In this document: in pieces, positions 49,094 through 59,204 of the stretch
Position numbering within the stretch: the first letter of the stretch is position 1
Layout: every line of letters starts with the position of its first letter
Made by a program: the position numbers and the translations under genes
Assembly (NCBI GenBank): GCA_963719505.1
Contig: CAVRCF010000001.1
Coordinates: 832,001-896,000 of the forward strand
DNA from: Halobacteriovoraceae bacterium
GTDB lineage: Bacteria; Bdellovibrionota; Bacteriovoracia; Bacteriovoracales; Bacteriovoracaceae
Direction of reading: 5' to 3'
DNA: 64,000 nt
The notes under the pieces: generated by a model
Database searches by the model: none
Told to the model about the DNA's origin: nothing
The model's input: only the letters and a program-made list of their open reading frames with translations

Positions 49094-50783
49094 CCTCTTT
49101 CATCTCTTTTTGAATTTGTTCTCTAAATTCACGCCAAGCACTGGTTTTGTAGCGATAGGTAATAATATCAAAAATGGGTTTTGATTTATCTGTCGTGATC
49201 GCTCGCTCCATTGCTCTTTTCTGTGCCTGAGAAGCAAAGTCTTGAATCTCAATAGCTTTTGCACCACCGCCGCCACGAGATCTTCTCGACCTGCTTCGAG
49301 ATGATCTTCTTTTTGATGATCCGTTGACGTCACCACCTCTTTTGAATCTTGGGGTATCCGAAGAGACATTTGATGATGGCTTACTTTTCGAATATGAACG
49401 GCTTGGAGTATAGCCTCTGCTAAAGCTTGACGGTAGAGGGTTTGAGCCTTTGGCTACCGCCAAATTTGCGGCACCAAACTTCGGGAGTCCCGCACCAATT
49501 AATTTTTTCGTTAAATCTTTTTGTTTATCATCAGTAAAGTTCACTTTTGTTGTCGGGATTTTAGCAATTCCTTTTTTAGCGAATGCTAGATTTTTTTGTG
49601 CCGATCCATCAAAGTCAGAACCTAGAAACCCAGATCCAAAAGGTTTAATCGCCTGAAACTGACCGCTCATCGTTGTTGGTGTTAATCCAATCTGTGCACC
49701 GATCGATGCTATTCTAGCTTGGACACAGGTTCCTTTTGCTTTACAAGAACAAGCAGGGTCGGGCTTAAAGTCTTGTGTGACGCAACTGACGGCATTTGGT
49801 GCAGCAGAATGTAAGTCTTTTGGAACACAGAAACGTTGGTAATTAGTTGGGTCTGAAGCCTGTGATGTTTTTTCCATACAAAAACAAGTTGTACGCGTAT
49901 AGGGGTTACACTGGCCAGCTTTTGGGAAGCCCTCGGCGAGCTTTTCATAAGCTTTCTTTCTTTCATTATGGGCCATGGCTTTCTTTAAATAGTAGGTTCC
50001 AAGAAGTGTGGCTGCACTGGCTTTAACAATGGGATTCGCTTTTGGAGCCATCGTGCCTGTGAGCATTAGAGTCGTATAGCAGGCGGCTGTTGATCCCCAT
50101 CCAATCGCTTGCATTTGAGATGATTGGCGCAAATTTTTCTGCACATCTGCCATGGCGTAGAAGGCATCAGCTTGGGCTGCTGTTGAGCCCGTTTGAGCTT
50201 GAGCATTGGCTTCAATTTGTTGGTTGTTTGATTGTGCCGAGAAAGTTGCAGCCGTCTCTGTCACCATGGGAATATAGCCACAAAAATCCGTTCCTTCTTT
50301 TGTATCTCTTTTAGCGTCTTCTGGTTTCCCTCCGCCATCAATAGCTGTCTCTTGCGAAATTTTACCTTCTGAAACCTTATAGTACTTTCCATCTTTTTCG
50401 GCATACGCTTTGTCACCCTCTCCTTTGTAAAGAGTGTGTCCGTCTTGTTTTTTACTGTAGGGGACCTTGTTCATTCCGGGGATGAGAGCAAACATTGAAT
50501 AGGCCTGAGATACCATTGGCATCCAGTCTTCTAAGCCGGCCATAAATTTATCGCTCTCTTCAAAGGCTTTGTTGGATTCCATACACTTTTGATCGATTGC
50601 GACTCCATCTTCGCCAACACATTTTTTCATATATTCTTTTTCCGCAAGACCTCCGTGAACATAGTGCTCAGAGTTTGCCTCGTCAGCTTCACTCAAGTCG
50701 TTGGTTTCATCATAAATTGATGTTTGCCCAAGCAATGTCCCCGAGAAGGTAAGAATTAAAATGAAAATAAGTGAACGCTTCAT
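49083..50783 (-). CDS. Secreted hypothetical protein (Cys-rich middle, Ser/Arg-rich tail)
   Basis: Signal peptide; 566 aa; no family recognised. Confidence 0.75.
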   Translation of the reverse strand: MKRSLIFILILTFSGTLLGQTSIYDETNDLSEADEANSEHYVHGGLAEKEYMKKCVGEDGVAIDQKCMESNKAFEESDKFMAGLEDWMPMVSQAYSMFALIPGMNKVPYSKKQDGHTLYKGEGDKAYAEKDGKYYKVSEGKISQETAIDGGGKPEDAKRDTKEGTDFCGYIPMVTETAATFSAQSNNQQIEANAQAQTGSTAAQADAFYAMADVQKNLRQSSQMQAIGWGSTAACYTTLMLTGTMAPKANPIVKASAATLLGTYYLKKAMAHNERKKAYEKLAEGFPKAGQCNPYTRTTCFCMEKTSQASDPTNYQRFCVPKDLHSAAPNAVSCVTQDFKPDPACSCKAKGTCVQARIASIGAQIGLTPTTMSGQFQAIKPFGSGFLGSDFDGSAQKNLAFAKKGIAKIPTTKVNFTDDKQKDLTKKLIGAGLPKFGAANLAVAKGSNPLPSSFSRGYTPSRSYSKSKPSSNVSSDTPRFKRGGDVNGSSKRRSSRSRSRRSRGGGGAKAIEIQDFASQAQKRAMERAITTDKSKPIFDIITYRYKTSAWREFREQIQKEMKEVKE

Positions 50784-50978
50784 ATTTTTGCCTTTTCTAG
50801 CTGGTTTTACCTATTTTACCACGGGGAAGAAGAGATTCTAGGAGGTTAAATTGTCACCAAGACCTAATTTTAAGTAAAAACGGTAACTTATACGTACCGG
50901 AGCGATCAGCGTATGTGGAGTTAAGTGCAAACAATATTTATCAATTGATAGATTATTTAAAAGTCGATACTCTTAGCC

Positions 50979-51491
50979 ATGGAAAAAAAGAGCAGTATTC
51001 AACACACTTCAGATAGTGATCTCACTCACTCGATGGCCCATTATCTTCTGACAATTCATAAGTTGAAAGAGAGCAAGGGTTATGCGCGAGTGACAGATAT
51101 CGCCAAGGATATGGGATTAACAAAAGGTAGTGTTTCAACGGCCTTAAATAATCTTAGAAAAAAAGATCTTGTTGTCGAAGATGATAGCAAGTTCCTCTCT
51201 CTTTCAGAGCGTGGACATGAGGAAGTGCATTCCATCTTATCCTCGAGAACTCTACTTTATTATTTCTTTAAAGATGTTCTCGGAGTAGAGGATTCAATAG
51301 CTCATAATGATTCTTGTTTGATGGAACACTTATTAAGCAATGAGACTCGTGAAAAGTTTTTTCAGTTTATGAAAGTCGCAACAGAGAATCCCAAAAAATT
51401 AAAAATATCTACAGATCTTCCTCTTGATGAGTTCAAAACACACGAAGACTTCACAGAAGCACAAACTGGTGACAAGTATCTTGAGTCATGA
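50979..51491 (+). CDS. DtxR/MntR-family metal-dependent transcriptional regulator
   Basis: HYLLTI..ARVTDIAKDMGLTKGSVS HTH; FFKDVLGV...SCLMEHLLS. Confidence 0.88.
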   Translation: MEKKSSIQHTSDSDLTHSMAHYLLTIHKLKESKGYARVTDIAKDMGLTKGSVSTALNNLRKKDLVVEDDSKFLSLSERGHEEVHSILSSRTLLYYFFKDVLGVEDSIAHNDSCLMEHLLSNETREKFFQFMKVATENPKKLKISTDLPLDEFKTHEDFTEAQTGDKYLES

Positions 51492-52726
51492 AAAACTATT
51501 TTGATTTCGTAAAAGATCTTCCCAAAGATTTTAAAAAAAACGGACTCTTTATATTTTTAACCTATTTCTTTGCCATTTTTAGTTATCCCTTTGTGAGAGC
51601 TTCCACTGGGGCAATCTTTTATGAATCTTATTCTTCAAATGATTATTCTTTTGCGACCTTTATCTCAATTATCGCTTTAATTCTTATCATCTTCGTATCG
51701 AGTAAAATTCAAGCAAAAATTGGCGTACATAAATTATACCTTCTCTTAGGAGCAATCACCATTGGTGCTCTTTTAGGCTTTCATCACTTCCACAGTATTG
51801 GAATAAAGCCCATGGCTTATGGATTATTTGCGACTAAAGAGATTTATATCGTTCTTCTCATTCATCTTTGTCTGGCATTTTCAAATTCCTATTTTTCTAT
51901 GGAGCAACTCAAGAGGCTTTACGGGCCACTAGGGGCAGCTGGAAGTATTGGAGGTGTTCTCGGTGGACAGATGACATCACAGCTTGCCATGGGTTACGGA
52001 ACAAATAGCGTTTTCTATTTTTCGTTACTTCTTATTTTTTGCGCCCTTATTTGTTTTTATCAAACACGAAATGCAAATGTGGAAGAGAAAAAGAAAGTGG
52101 AGGAGAAATCCCCCCTAAAGTCAGTAAAGGGAATAGGGAAGTATGTTGTTCTTATCGCTTCAATTGTTGCTCTGACTCAAGTTGTCATTTATATAGCTGA
52201 TTTGCAGTTTAATATCGTTTTTGAACAAGTGGTTCAAACAAAGGATTTGAGGACGGCTTATCTGGGAAGAATCTTTTCTTACACAAACCTTGGAACACTT
52301 TTTTTTCAATTGATTGTCATCCCTTATGCCTTAGTGAGAGTTCCTATTAAATACGTTTTCTACTTTATTCCTTTTCTCTATCTTCTTCTTATTTTAGGTG
52401 GATTGGGTCTTGGAGCTGGTTCTTTGTATGTTGTGGCAGGTGTCTTCATTCTCTTGAAAGCTTGTGATTACTCACTATTTTCTGCCTCAAAAGAGGTTAT
52501 GTATCATCCTCTATCAAAGCTTCAAAAATACGGAGCAAAATATATAACTGATATGTTTGTTTATAGATTGGCCAAAGCGATCATCTCTTTTGTGATGAGC
52601 TTTTTTCTGGTCACCAATGTAAACTATCTCAATACAATTCAAATCGCTTGCTTGGGTCTTTGGATTGTGTGCATCTATTTTCTATTTAAAGAACAAAAAA
52701 CAAAAAACTTTCACCTCAATAACTAA
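51488..52726 (+). CDS. TLC/Npt-family (ATP/ADP translocase-like) MFS transporter
   Basis: About 12 TM helices; KRLYGPLGAAGSIG, DYSLFSASKEVMY, KYGAKYITDMFVYRLA. Confidence 0.72.
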   Translation: MKNYFDFVKDLPKDFKKNGLFIFLTYFFAIFSYPFVRASTGAIFYESYSSNDYSFATFISIIALILIIFVSSKIQAKIGVHKLYLLLGAITIGALLGFHHFHSIGIKPMAYGLFATKEIYIVLLIHLCLAFSNSYFSMEQLKRLYGPLGAAGSIGGVLGGQMTSQLAMGYGTNSVFYFSLLLIFCALICFYQTRNANVEEKKKVEEKSPLKSVKGIGKYVVLIASIVALTQVVIYIADLQFNIVFEQVVQTKDLRTAYLGRIFSYTNLGTLFFQLIVIPYALVRVPIKYVFYFIPFLYLLLILGGLGLGAGSLYVVAGVFILLKACDYSLFSASKEVMYHPLSKLQKYGAKYITDMFVYRLAKAIISFVMSFFLVTNVNYLNTIQIACLGLWIVCIYFLFKEQKTKNFHLNN

Positions 52727-52737
52727 AGGAGATAAAA

Positions 52738-54765
52738 ATGAATCCTCTATTACAAGAATCTACTCTACGACACGGAGCTGTCCCTTACGATAAAATTAAA
52801 GGTGAACACTTTCTTCCCGCTATCAAAGAGGCTATTGAAAGAGCAAATAAGAACTTAGATGACGTTAAAAATAAACCCGCAAGTTTTGAAAACACCATTG
52901 AAGGAATAGAATTTGCCGATGATTATGTCGGATATGTTTCCGGAATCTTTTTTGGGCTCTATTCAGCTCACTGTACGGAAGATATTGAGAAGGTATCTGA
53001 AGAGTTTAATTCGATTTTAACTAAGTATTATAATAATATTTCCCTTGATCAAGATCTGTATGCAAAGGTGAAAGAAGTTAAAGAAAGTGTTGATCTGGCA
53101 AGATTGTCCAATGAACAGAAAATGCTTTTAGATAAAACGAATAAATCATTTGTTCGAAACGGAGCAAAGCTTTCAAACGAAGACAAAGAAGTAATCCGAT
53201 CTATTGATGAAGAGATGTCAGCTCTTGAAGTTAAGTTCACTGAAAATGTAAGAAAAGGGACGAATGCTTTTCATCTTGTTATCGACAAAAAAGAAGACAT
53301 TGTGGGGATTCCTGACAACGCTGTTGAGGCAGCGGCAAATTTAGCGAAAGAAAAGGGGAAGGAAGGGGCTTGGATCTTTACGCTTCATTTTCCAAGCTAT
53401 TTACCTTTTATGCAAAACTGTAAAAATGCCCAGTTGAGAAAAGTGATGTCCACTGCTAAGCAAACAGTCGCTTTTGGCGGAGAGTTTGATAATACAAAGA
53501 ATGTAAAACGAATGCTTGAACTGAAAAGAAAAAGAGCGACGTTATTAGGTTATGAAACCCACGCTCACTTTATTTTAGAAGAGCGAATGGCCAAAGATCC
53601 AAAAACCGTAATAGATTTCTTAGAGAATATAAAATCAAAAGCGAAGCCAGCCTCAGATGAGGAGGTTAAAGAGTTAAAAGAATTAAAAAGAGAGTTAGAA
53701 GGGAATGATGATCTTTTTTCTTGGGATTTAGCTTTTTACACTCGGATTCTAAAAAAGAGAAAATTAGATATTGATGATGAAATTCTTAGACCTTACTTAA
53801 AACTTGAAAATGTTATTGATGGAGTTTTTAAGATTGCTGAGAACCTTTTTGACATCGAGTTTAAACAAGTAAATGATCTTCCGACTTGGCATAAAGATGT
53901 GAAAACTTTTGAAGTTTTTAATAAAGACAGCTCGTTCATAGGACTTTTTTATTGTGACTTTCACCCAAGAGAAGAAAAAAGACCAGGGGCTTGGATGTCA
54001 GATACTGTTCCTCAAGGAATGATGTTTGGAAAACTTGGTACTCCTCAGATTCACAATACTTGTAATTTTACAAAGCCTACAGAGACTAAGCCTTCGCTTT
54101 TAACTTTGAATGAGGTCGAGACATTGTTTCATGAGTTCGGTCACGGATTACACGGTCTTCTGTCAAAATGTCATTACAAGAGTATCGGGGGAACGAATGT
54201 TCTTTGGGACTTTGTAGAGCTTCCTTCTCAAATTATGGAAAATTGGGTGAAAGAAAAAGAATGTCTCGATCTCTTTGCTAAGCATTTTGAGACAGGGGAG
54301 ACGATTCCCGAAGACATCATTGAAAAAATTAAAAAATCTTCAACTTTTCAAGAAGGTTACGCGACGATGAGACAAGTTTCATTCGCAACTTTAGATATGA
54401 AGCTTCACACTCTTGATCCAAAAGAGATCACTGATCTTGCTTCTTTTGAAAAAGAGGTTTTCGAAGAATTTAAATTTACTGATGAAGATGATATTGAAAA
54501 AAGTATGTTGGCCTCATTTGGTCATATTTTTCCTCATGGAGGATACTCTTCAGGCTACTATTCCTATAAATGGGCTGAAGTTTTAGATGCAGACGCCTTT
54601 GAAGCTTTCAAAGAAAAGAGCATCTTTGATAAAGAGGTTGCAAAGAAATTTAAGGAAAACATTTTAGAAAAAGGTGGAAGTGTTCATCCAATGGAGCTCT
54701 ATATTGCCTTCAGAGGAAAGGAGCCCAATGTCGATCCTCTCTTAAGAAGGGCCGGACTCCTTTAG
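52738..54765 (+). CDS. M3A peptidase (Dcp/oligopeptidase A)
   Basis: KRPGAWM, TLFHEFGHGLH, WDFVELPSQ, GYYSYKWAEVLDADAF. Confidence 0.94.
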   Translation: MNPLLQESTLRHGAVPYDKIKGEHFLPAIKEAIERANKNLDDVKNKPASFENTIEGIEFADDYVGYVSGIFFGLYSAHCTEDIEKVSEEFNSILTKYYNNISLDQDLYAKVKEVKESVDLARLSNEQKMLLDKTNKSFVRNGAKLSNEDKEVIRSIDEEMSALEVKFTENVRKGTNAFHLVIDKKEDIVGIPDNAVEAAANLAKEKGKEGAWIFTLHFPSYLPFMQNCKNAQLRKVMSTAKQTVAFGGEFDNTKNVKRMLELKRKRATLLGYETHAHFILEERMAKDPKTVIDFLENIKSKAKPASDEEVKELKELKRELEGNDDLFSWDLAFYTRILKKRKLDIDDEILRPYLKLENVIDGVFKIAENLFDIEFKQVNDLPTWHKDVKTFEVFNKDSSFIGLFYCDFHPREEKRPGAWMSDTVPQGMMFGKLGTPQIHNTCNFTKPTETKPSLLTLNEVETLFHEFGHGLHGLLSKCHYKSIGGTNVLWDFVELPSQIMENWVKEKECLDLFAKHFETGETIPEDIIEKIKKSSTFQEGYATMRQVSFATLDMKLHTLDPKEITDLASFEKEVFEEFKFTDEDDIEKSMLASFGHIFPHGGYSSGYYSYKWAEVLDADAFEAFKEKSIFDKEVAKKFKENILEKGGSVHPMELYIAFRGKEPNVDPLLRRAGLL

Positions 54766-55548
54766 TTTCTTTTTAACCAGCGCCCAATACTCTTCAAGCT
54801 CTGGAACACTTAATTTAAGGATATCTTTTTGATCATCTTTAATGAGGGAATCCAGGCTTGAAAATCGCTTGATAAATTTTTTATTAGAGGCCCTTAGGGC
54901 CTCTTCGGCATCGATATCGAGATGTCTTGCCAGTTGAGTCACACTAAATAAAAGATCACCAATCTCATCTTTTATTCTTTCTTTATTATTTTCAATATCG
55001 TAAAGCTCAGCTTTGACCTCATCCCATTCTTCTTGAACTTTATCCATAACTTGTTGATGGTTGTCCCAGTCAAAATTAACTTTCGCACTTTTTTTTCCAA
55101 TCTTCTGAGCACTCATAAGAGCAGGCATGGCAAGGTCTTCAGGTTTAAAAAATGACGTTGGTTTTCCAGATTTTTCTTCTTTTTTGAGCTTCTCCCAATT
55201 TTCAATAACCTGTTCACTTGAGATCTTTTTCGAGTCAGGTGCAAAAACATGGGGATGGCGATAGATCATTTTATCAGCAAGTTTTTTACTAACCGTCTCC
55301 AAGTTAAAGTGATTTTTCTCTGAGGCTATTTGGGAGTGTAGAAGGACCTGAAAGAAAACGTCTCCAAGCTCTTCCTCCATTTCTGCTACATCCTGGCTTT
55401 CAACAGCATGTTTGTATTCATAAGACTCTTCAATAAGGTATTTCATGAGACTTTTATGGTCTTGTTTAAGATCCCACGGGCATCCTGATTCAGGATCTCT
55501 CAATTTTTTGACAACTTCTATAACTCTTTTAATTTGCGGATATTCCAT
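54742..55548 (-). CDS. mazG: Nucleoside triphosphate pyrophosphohydrolase
   Basis: LRDPESGCPWD, IEESYE, EELGD, RHPHVF, EIGDLLF. Confidence 0.94.
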   Translation of the reverse strand: MEYPQIKRVIEVVKKLRDPESGCPWDLKQDHKSLMKYLIEESYEYKHAVESQDVAEMEEELGDVFFQVLLHSQIASEKNHFNLETVSKKLADKMIYRHPHVFAPDSKKISSEQVIENWEKLKKEEKSGKPTSFFKPEDLAMPALMSAQKIGKKSAKVNFDWDNHQQVMDKVQEEWDEVKAELYDIENNKERIKDEIGDLLFSVTQLARHLDIDAEEALRASNKKFIKRFSSLDSLIKDDQKDILKLSVPELEEYWALVKKKLKESGPS

Positions 55549-55595
55549 TTAGACTCCAAGTGTGTTAGATAGAGATTATCATAAAAAGGAAGTGA

Positions 55596-56132
55596 ATGGA
55601 AAAGCATGATCTTGAGATTCAAAGCGGTAAAGTTAATATTGTTTTTTACTATACTGATAGTCTTGTAGGCTCCAATGAGCTTGAGAGCTACCAAAAATGG
55701 TTAGGCTTTGGGGCTTGTGCTATTGACCAACATTTCTACCATGAGAAAAAGCCTCTTGTTCTCAATGTATCTCTTTGTAGTGATGAAGAGATTATTGATA
55801 TTAATTCAGAGCACAGAAGTAAGGCCAAAGTCACGGATGTTCTCTCTTTTCCAATGCAAGAGAGTATGAGAGACGGAATCTATGAGGACTTTCTTCCACA
55901 AATTGAACTTGGGGATATTCTTATCTGTAAGTCGGTTTGTGAAAGCCAAGCTCAAGAATTTAAAATCAGCTACTTTGAAGAGTTTATTCATCTTTTTATT
56001 CATGGATTTCTTCACGTTTATGGATATGACCACGAGGTTTCTGAGACTGAAGAACAAATAATGGAAACTTTGGAAGCTGCTCTTTTAGATAAAGTAGGAG
56101 AGATAAAAAAAGCGGGAACAAGTCCCGCTTAA
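55596..56132 (+). CDS. ybeY: rRNA maturation RNase YbeY
   Basis: TDVLSFP, LGDILI, HGFLHVYGYDH. Confidence 0.94.
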   Translation: MEKHDLEIQSGKVNIVFYYTDSLVGSNELESYQKWLGFGACAIDQHFYHEKKPLVLNVSLCSDEEIIDINSEHRSKAKVTDVLSFPMQESMRDGIYEDFLPQIELGDILICKSVCESQAQEFKISYFEEFIHLFIHGFLHVYGYDHEVSETEEQIMETLEAALLDKVGEIKKAGTSPA

Positions 56133-56135
56133 TTT

Positions 56136-57461
56136 TTATTTTTGATTTTGGTCTTGAATTAAATCTATGTAATTTTCTAATGTGTATTGAAGGGCCTTGT
56201 AAAGATCCACCCTTCCGCCTGAAGCCATGTAGAGATCAAACTTTCTCACCTTAGTGACTGAGCTTATAAGAATTTTTTTAATGGATTCACCATTGAGTTC
56301 TGGGAAGTTACTCAGAAGCTCGGCAGCGACTCCAGCTGCAGTAGGGCTGGCCATACTTGTTCCAGACATACTTGAGTATGAGTTTCCTGGAACTGTTGAG
56401 TAGATTGAAGAACCTGGTGCCGCGACATCAACGTTCTTTACTCCAACATTTGAAAAGCTAGAAAGCCTTCCTCTTTTTGTTGTGGATGCAACAACCATTA
56501 AATGGTTACTTTGAAATGATGCGGGATAAACAAGGTTTTTATCAATATCTTTTTTATAATCATTCCCAGCCGCTGCCACAACTAAAGCGCCGTACTCATT
56601 GCCTATGAAGTCGATGGTCTCATTGACAATCATGCCGCCTTCGTTGTGTTTTTTACCAAATGAGCAGTTGAGAATTTTTGCTCCATTTTTTCCAGCGTAG
56701 AGAAAAGATTCAACAACATCAGCGTCGGTTTCATCTGAGCTATCAGGAACTGTTCTAATGGCCATAATTTTTGCCGTCGATGCAATTCCTGCAATACCAA
56801 TATTATTATTTTGCTTGGCTGCAATAGTACCAGCGACATGGGTTCCATGGGCATGGCTTGCCATCGGATCAGTGTCACCACTTAGGGGATCAATTCCAAA
56901 AATATCATCGACGTAACCATTATTGTCGTCATCAATTCCATTGCCTTCGATTTCACCTTGGTTTTTCCACATACTGTCAGCGAGGTCTTCATGCTTGTAA
57001 TCGACACCAGTGTCAACGACCGCCACAATGACTTCTTCTTTTATTGTATTAAGCGGTGAGAGGTAGGATTTGTTAATAGAGATCCCATTGTCGGAATCAT
57101 CAAGAAAAGACCAAACCTGCCCAGCTTTAGGGTCATTAAAAGCCCCAAAGTAAAAGTTAGTTTCATCTGACTTCGTTTGCTCCATTTTTGGTAGAGCATC
57201 TTTTTCAGCGTAATAGTTTCTTTCGATTCGATCAATAGATCTGTCACCTTTGAGATCGGCTTCAAGTTTTAAGACATCTTGAGTTTCGACCAGATAGTTT
57301 TGGCCAAACAAATGCTTAGAGCTTTTGATAAAGTTAGAACTTGGAAGTGTCTCGCCTTTTTTAACTTTAATAAATGCTTTGGTTTTATCGAATCTGATAT
57401 CGGTTGCATGTAAGTTGATAGCAATTGTCAGGCATAAAAGCCCTATTACTTTATTCATCAT
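56136..57461 (-). CDS. Secreted S8 (subtilisin-like) serine protease
   Basis: VAVVDTG, HGTHVAG, AAAGN, GTSMASP; signal peptide from ATG 57461. Confidence 0.94.
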   Translation of the reverse strand: MMNKVIGLLCLTIAINLHATDIRFDKTKAFIKVKKGETLPSSNFIKSSKHLFGQNYLVETQDVLKLEADLKGDRSIDRIERNYYAEKDALPKMEQTKSDETNFYFGAFNDPKAGQVWSFLDDSDNGISINKSYLSPLNTIKEEVIVAVVDTGVDYKHEDLADSMWKNQGEIEGNGIDDDNNGYVDDIFGIDPLSGDTDPMASHAHGTHVAGTIAAKQNNNIGIAGIASTAKIMAIRTVPDSSDETDADVVESFLYAGKNGAKILNCSFGKKHNEGGMIVNETIDFIGNEYGALVVAAAGNDYKKDIDKNLVYPASFQSNHLMVVASTTKRGRLSSFSNVGVKNVDVAAPGSSIYSTVPGNSYSSMSGTSMASPTAAGVAAELLSNFPELNGESIKKILISSVTKVRKFDLYMASGGRVDLYKALQYTLENYIDLIQDQNQK

Positions 57462-57775
57462 TTTCAATCCTTTGGTTAATGAACATAAAAGTAGAGAGAT
57501 CATTTCAAGAACCTTTGTGGTTGGCAACAAACAGGTTCTTACATTCTGTACATTTGTTAAGTGGATTGGCAGCTGAAAACTGATACCATACCTGTATTTT
57601 CAGGAACTTATGAGGTGTCAAAAATATTGATAGATAATTGTTGCGCAGCGTGCTACTATTGTAATTAATTTAGTCAAGTAAATGTTAAACTGTAAAAGGG
57701 TAAATTTTCCGCTGAAGTGCATGAGCTGGAATTCTGTTAAAATATTAGTCAATACAGAATTCCAAAAAAGAGGTT

Positions 57776-59185
57776 ATGTTGAATTATTTTTCGATTAAAA
57801 CATTCAAAGTAGTTAAGAACACGACAATTGTTGGTTGTCTCTTGGCTTCGACTTTCACTCAGGCATCTTTATCAAATAGAAGCACCCTCAGACTCGATAC
57901 ACCAAATCAAATTCCTTCTAAAGACAATGGTTTCAAAGGATCAGTTCTTTTTCAAACCAATCAGTGGATGGATGATGTTGGTGAAGTCGTCGGGAATAAA
58001 TATTTTGGAGAAGTCGATCTAAGCTATAATTCAAAAAATGGTGGAGACCTTGAGCAAAAATATGAATTTAAATCGCGAATTAACGATCAAGAACAATTGC
58101 AATTTTCATTGCCTGAAACATATGTAAAATTTCGTCTAGGTCAAAATAGTGAAGTTTATGCTGGAAGAAAAATTCTTCCATGGAGTTCCCTAGACTCAAC
58201 TTGGGGTTTTGGTAAGCTCAATAATAGAATCAACTTTGATGGATTTGAGCCAGGACAAGAGGGTCTGACAGGAGCCACTGTTAATTTCAATTTCGACTCT
58301 GGATTCAAAGTTTCTTTCTTTGGAACTGGAATCTATGTTCCTGAGTTAAACCCTGGAACAAAAATAAATGAAGGTGATGGAACAATTGAATGTCAAAATG
58401 CGTGGTGTAAAGCCCCGGATGCCGGTGCTGATACCAACTCAGATGGTGTTCCCGACAAAGATATTTTCTACTCTGTCGAAATGCCTGATATCGCCGATGT
58501 CGTTTTTAGATACGCTGGTGGTGTTAACTTAGGTTTTGAAAATCAAAATCATAAATTTAATGGATTTTTTATCAGAAAACCTGAGAATAACTTTTCACTT
58601 TCAGTTGAAGTTAGTTTTGATGCTGCAGAAGATATTGTTAATGCAGATGTTACACCACAGTTTTTCTATCACAATGTATCGGGTGCTGAGTACGCTCTCA
58701 AAGCGATTAAGAACGTAGAACTCTATGCAAACTACTTAAGAATTGATCCAGACAATAACCCTGATAATACAGAGCCCTTAATTGTCTACACGGGTATAAA
58801 ACCAAATAAAAAGTTTGAAGAATACGTTGGTTCTGGAGCAAGATACAGTAACAGAGACTTTGCTGCGTCTTTCAATTATGTAGCCCGTATCAGCGAATAT
58901 GACGTTTCAGAGGATACTCTTGTTGAATATCCAAGGTGGAACCAAGCGGTAAATTTAAATATAAGTACAAAGCTATCAAGGAAGTTGGCTTTAGGATTTG
59001 ATTACAAATATGACATGCTCACGGAAGATCGATTAACGATGTTAAAAGCGAACTACCAGTTCAGACCGAACATGGTGATTTCAGCCGGAGCTAATATAAT
59101 TGGTTCTGATGATGATGCTGATTCTTATTGGTCTGACTTTGTAAACAATGACACTGTTTATAGTTCGTTTAAGTATATCTTTTAA
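57776..59185 (+). CDS. Outer-membrane beta-barrel protein
   Basis: Signal peptide; many amphipathic strands; ends VYSSFKYIF. Confidence 0.75.
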   Translation: MLNYFSIKTFKVVKNTTIVGCLLASTFTQASLSNRSTLRLDTPNQIPSKDNGFKGSVLFQTNQWMDDVGEVVGNKYFGEVDLSYNSKNGGDLEQKYEFKSRINDQEQLQFSLPETYVKFRLGQNSEVYAGRKILPWSSLDSTWGFGKLNNRINFDGFEPGQEGLTGATVNFNFDSGFKVSFFGTGIYVPELNPGTKINEGDGTIECQNAWCKAPDAGADTNSDGVPDKDIFYSVEMPDIADVVFRYAGGVNLGFENQNHKFNGFFIRKPENNFSLSVEVSFDAAEDIVNADVTPQFFYHNVSGAEYALKAIKNVELYANYLRIDPDNNPDNTEPLIVYTGIKPNKKFEEYVGSGARYSNRDFAASFNYVARISEYDVSEDTLVEYPRWNQAVNLNISTKLSRKLALGFDYKYDMLTEDRLTMLKANYQFRPNMVISAGANIIGSDDDADSYWSDFVNNDTVYSSFKYIF

Positions 59186-59204
59186 CGAATTATAAGGAGT
59201 TTCC

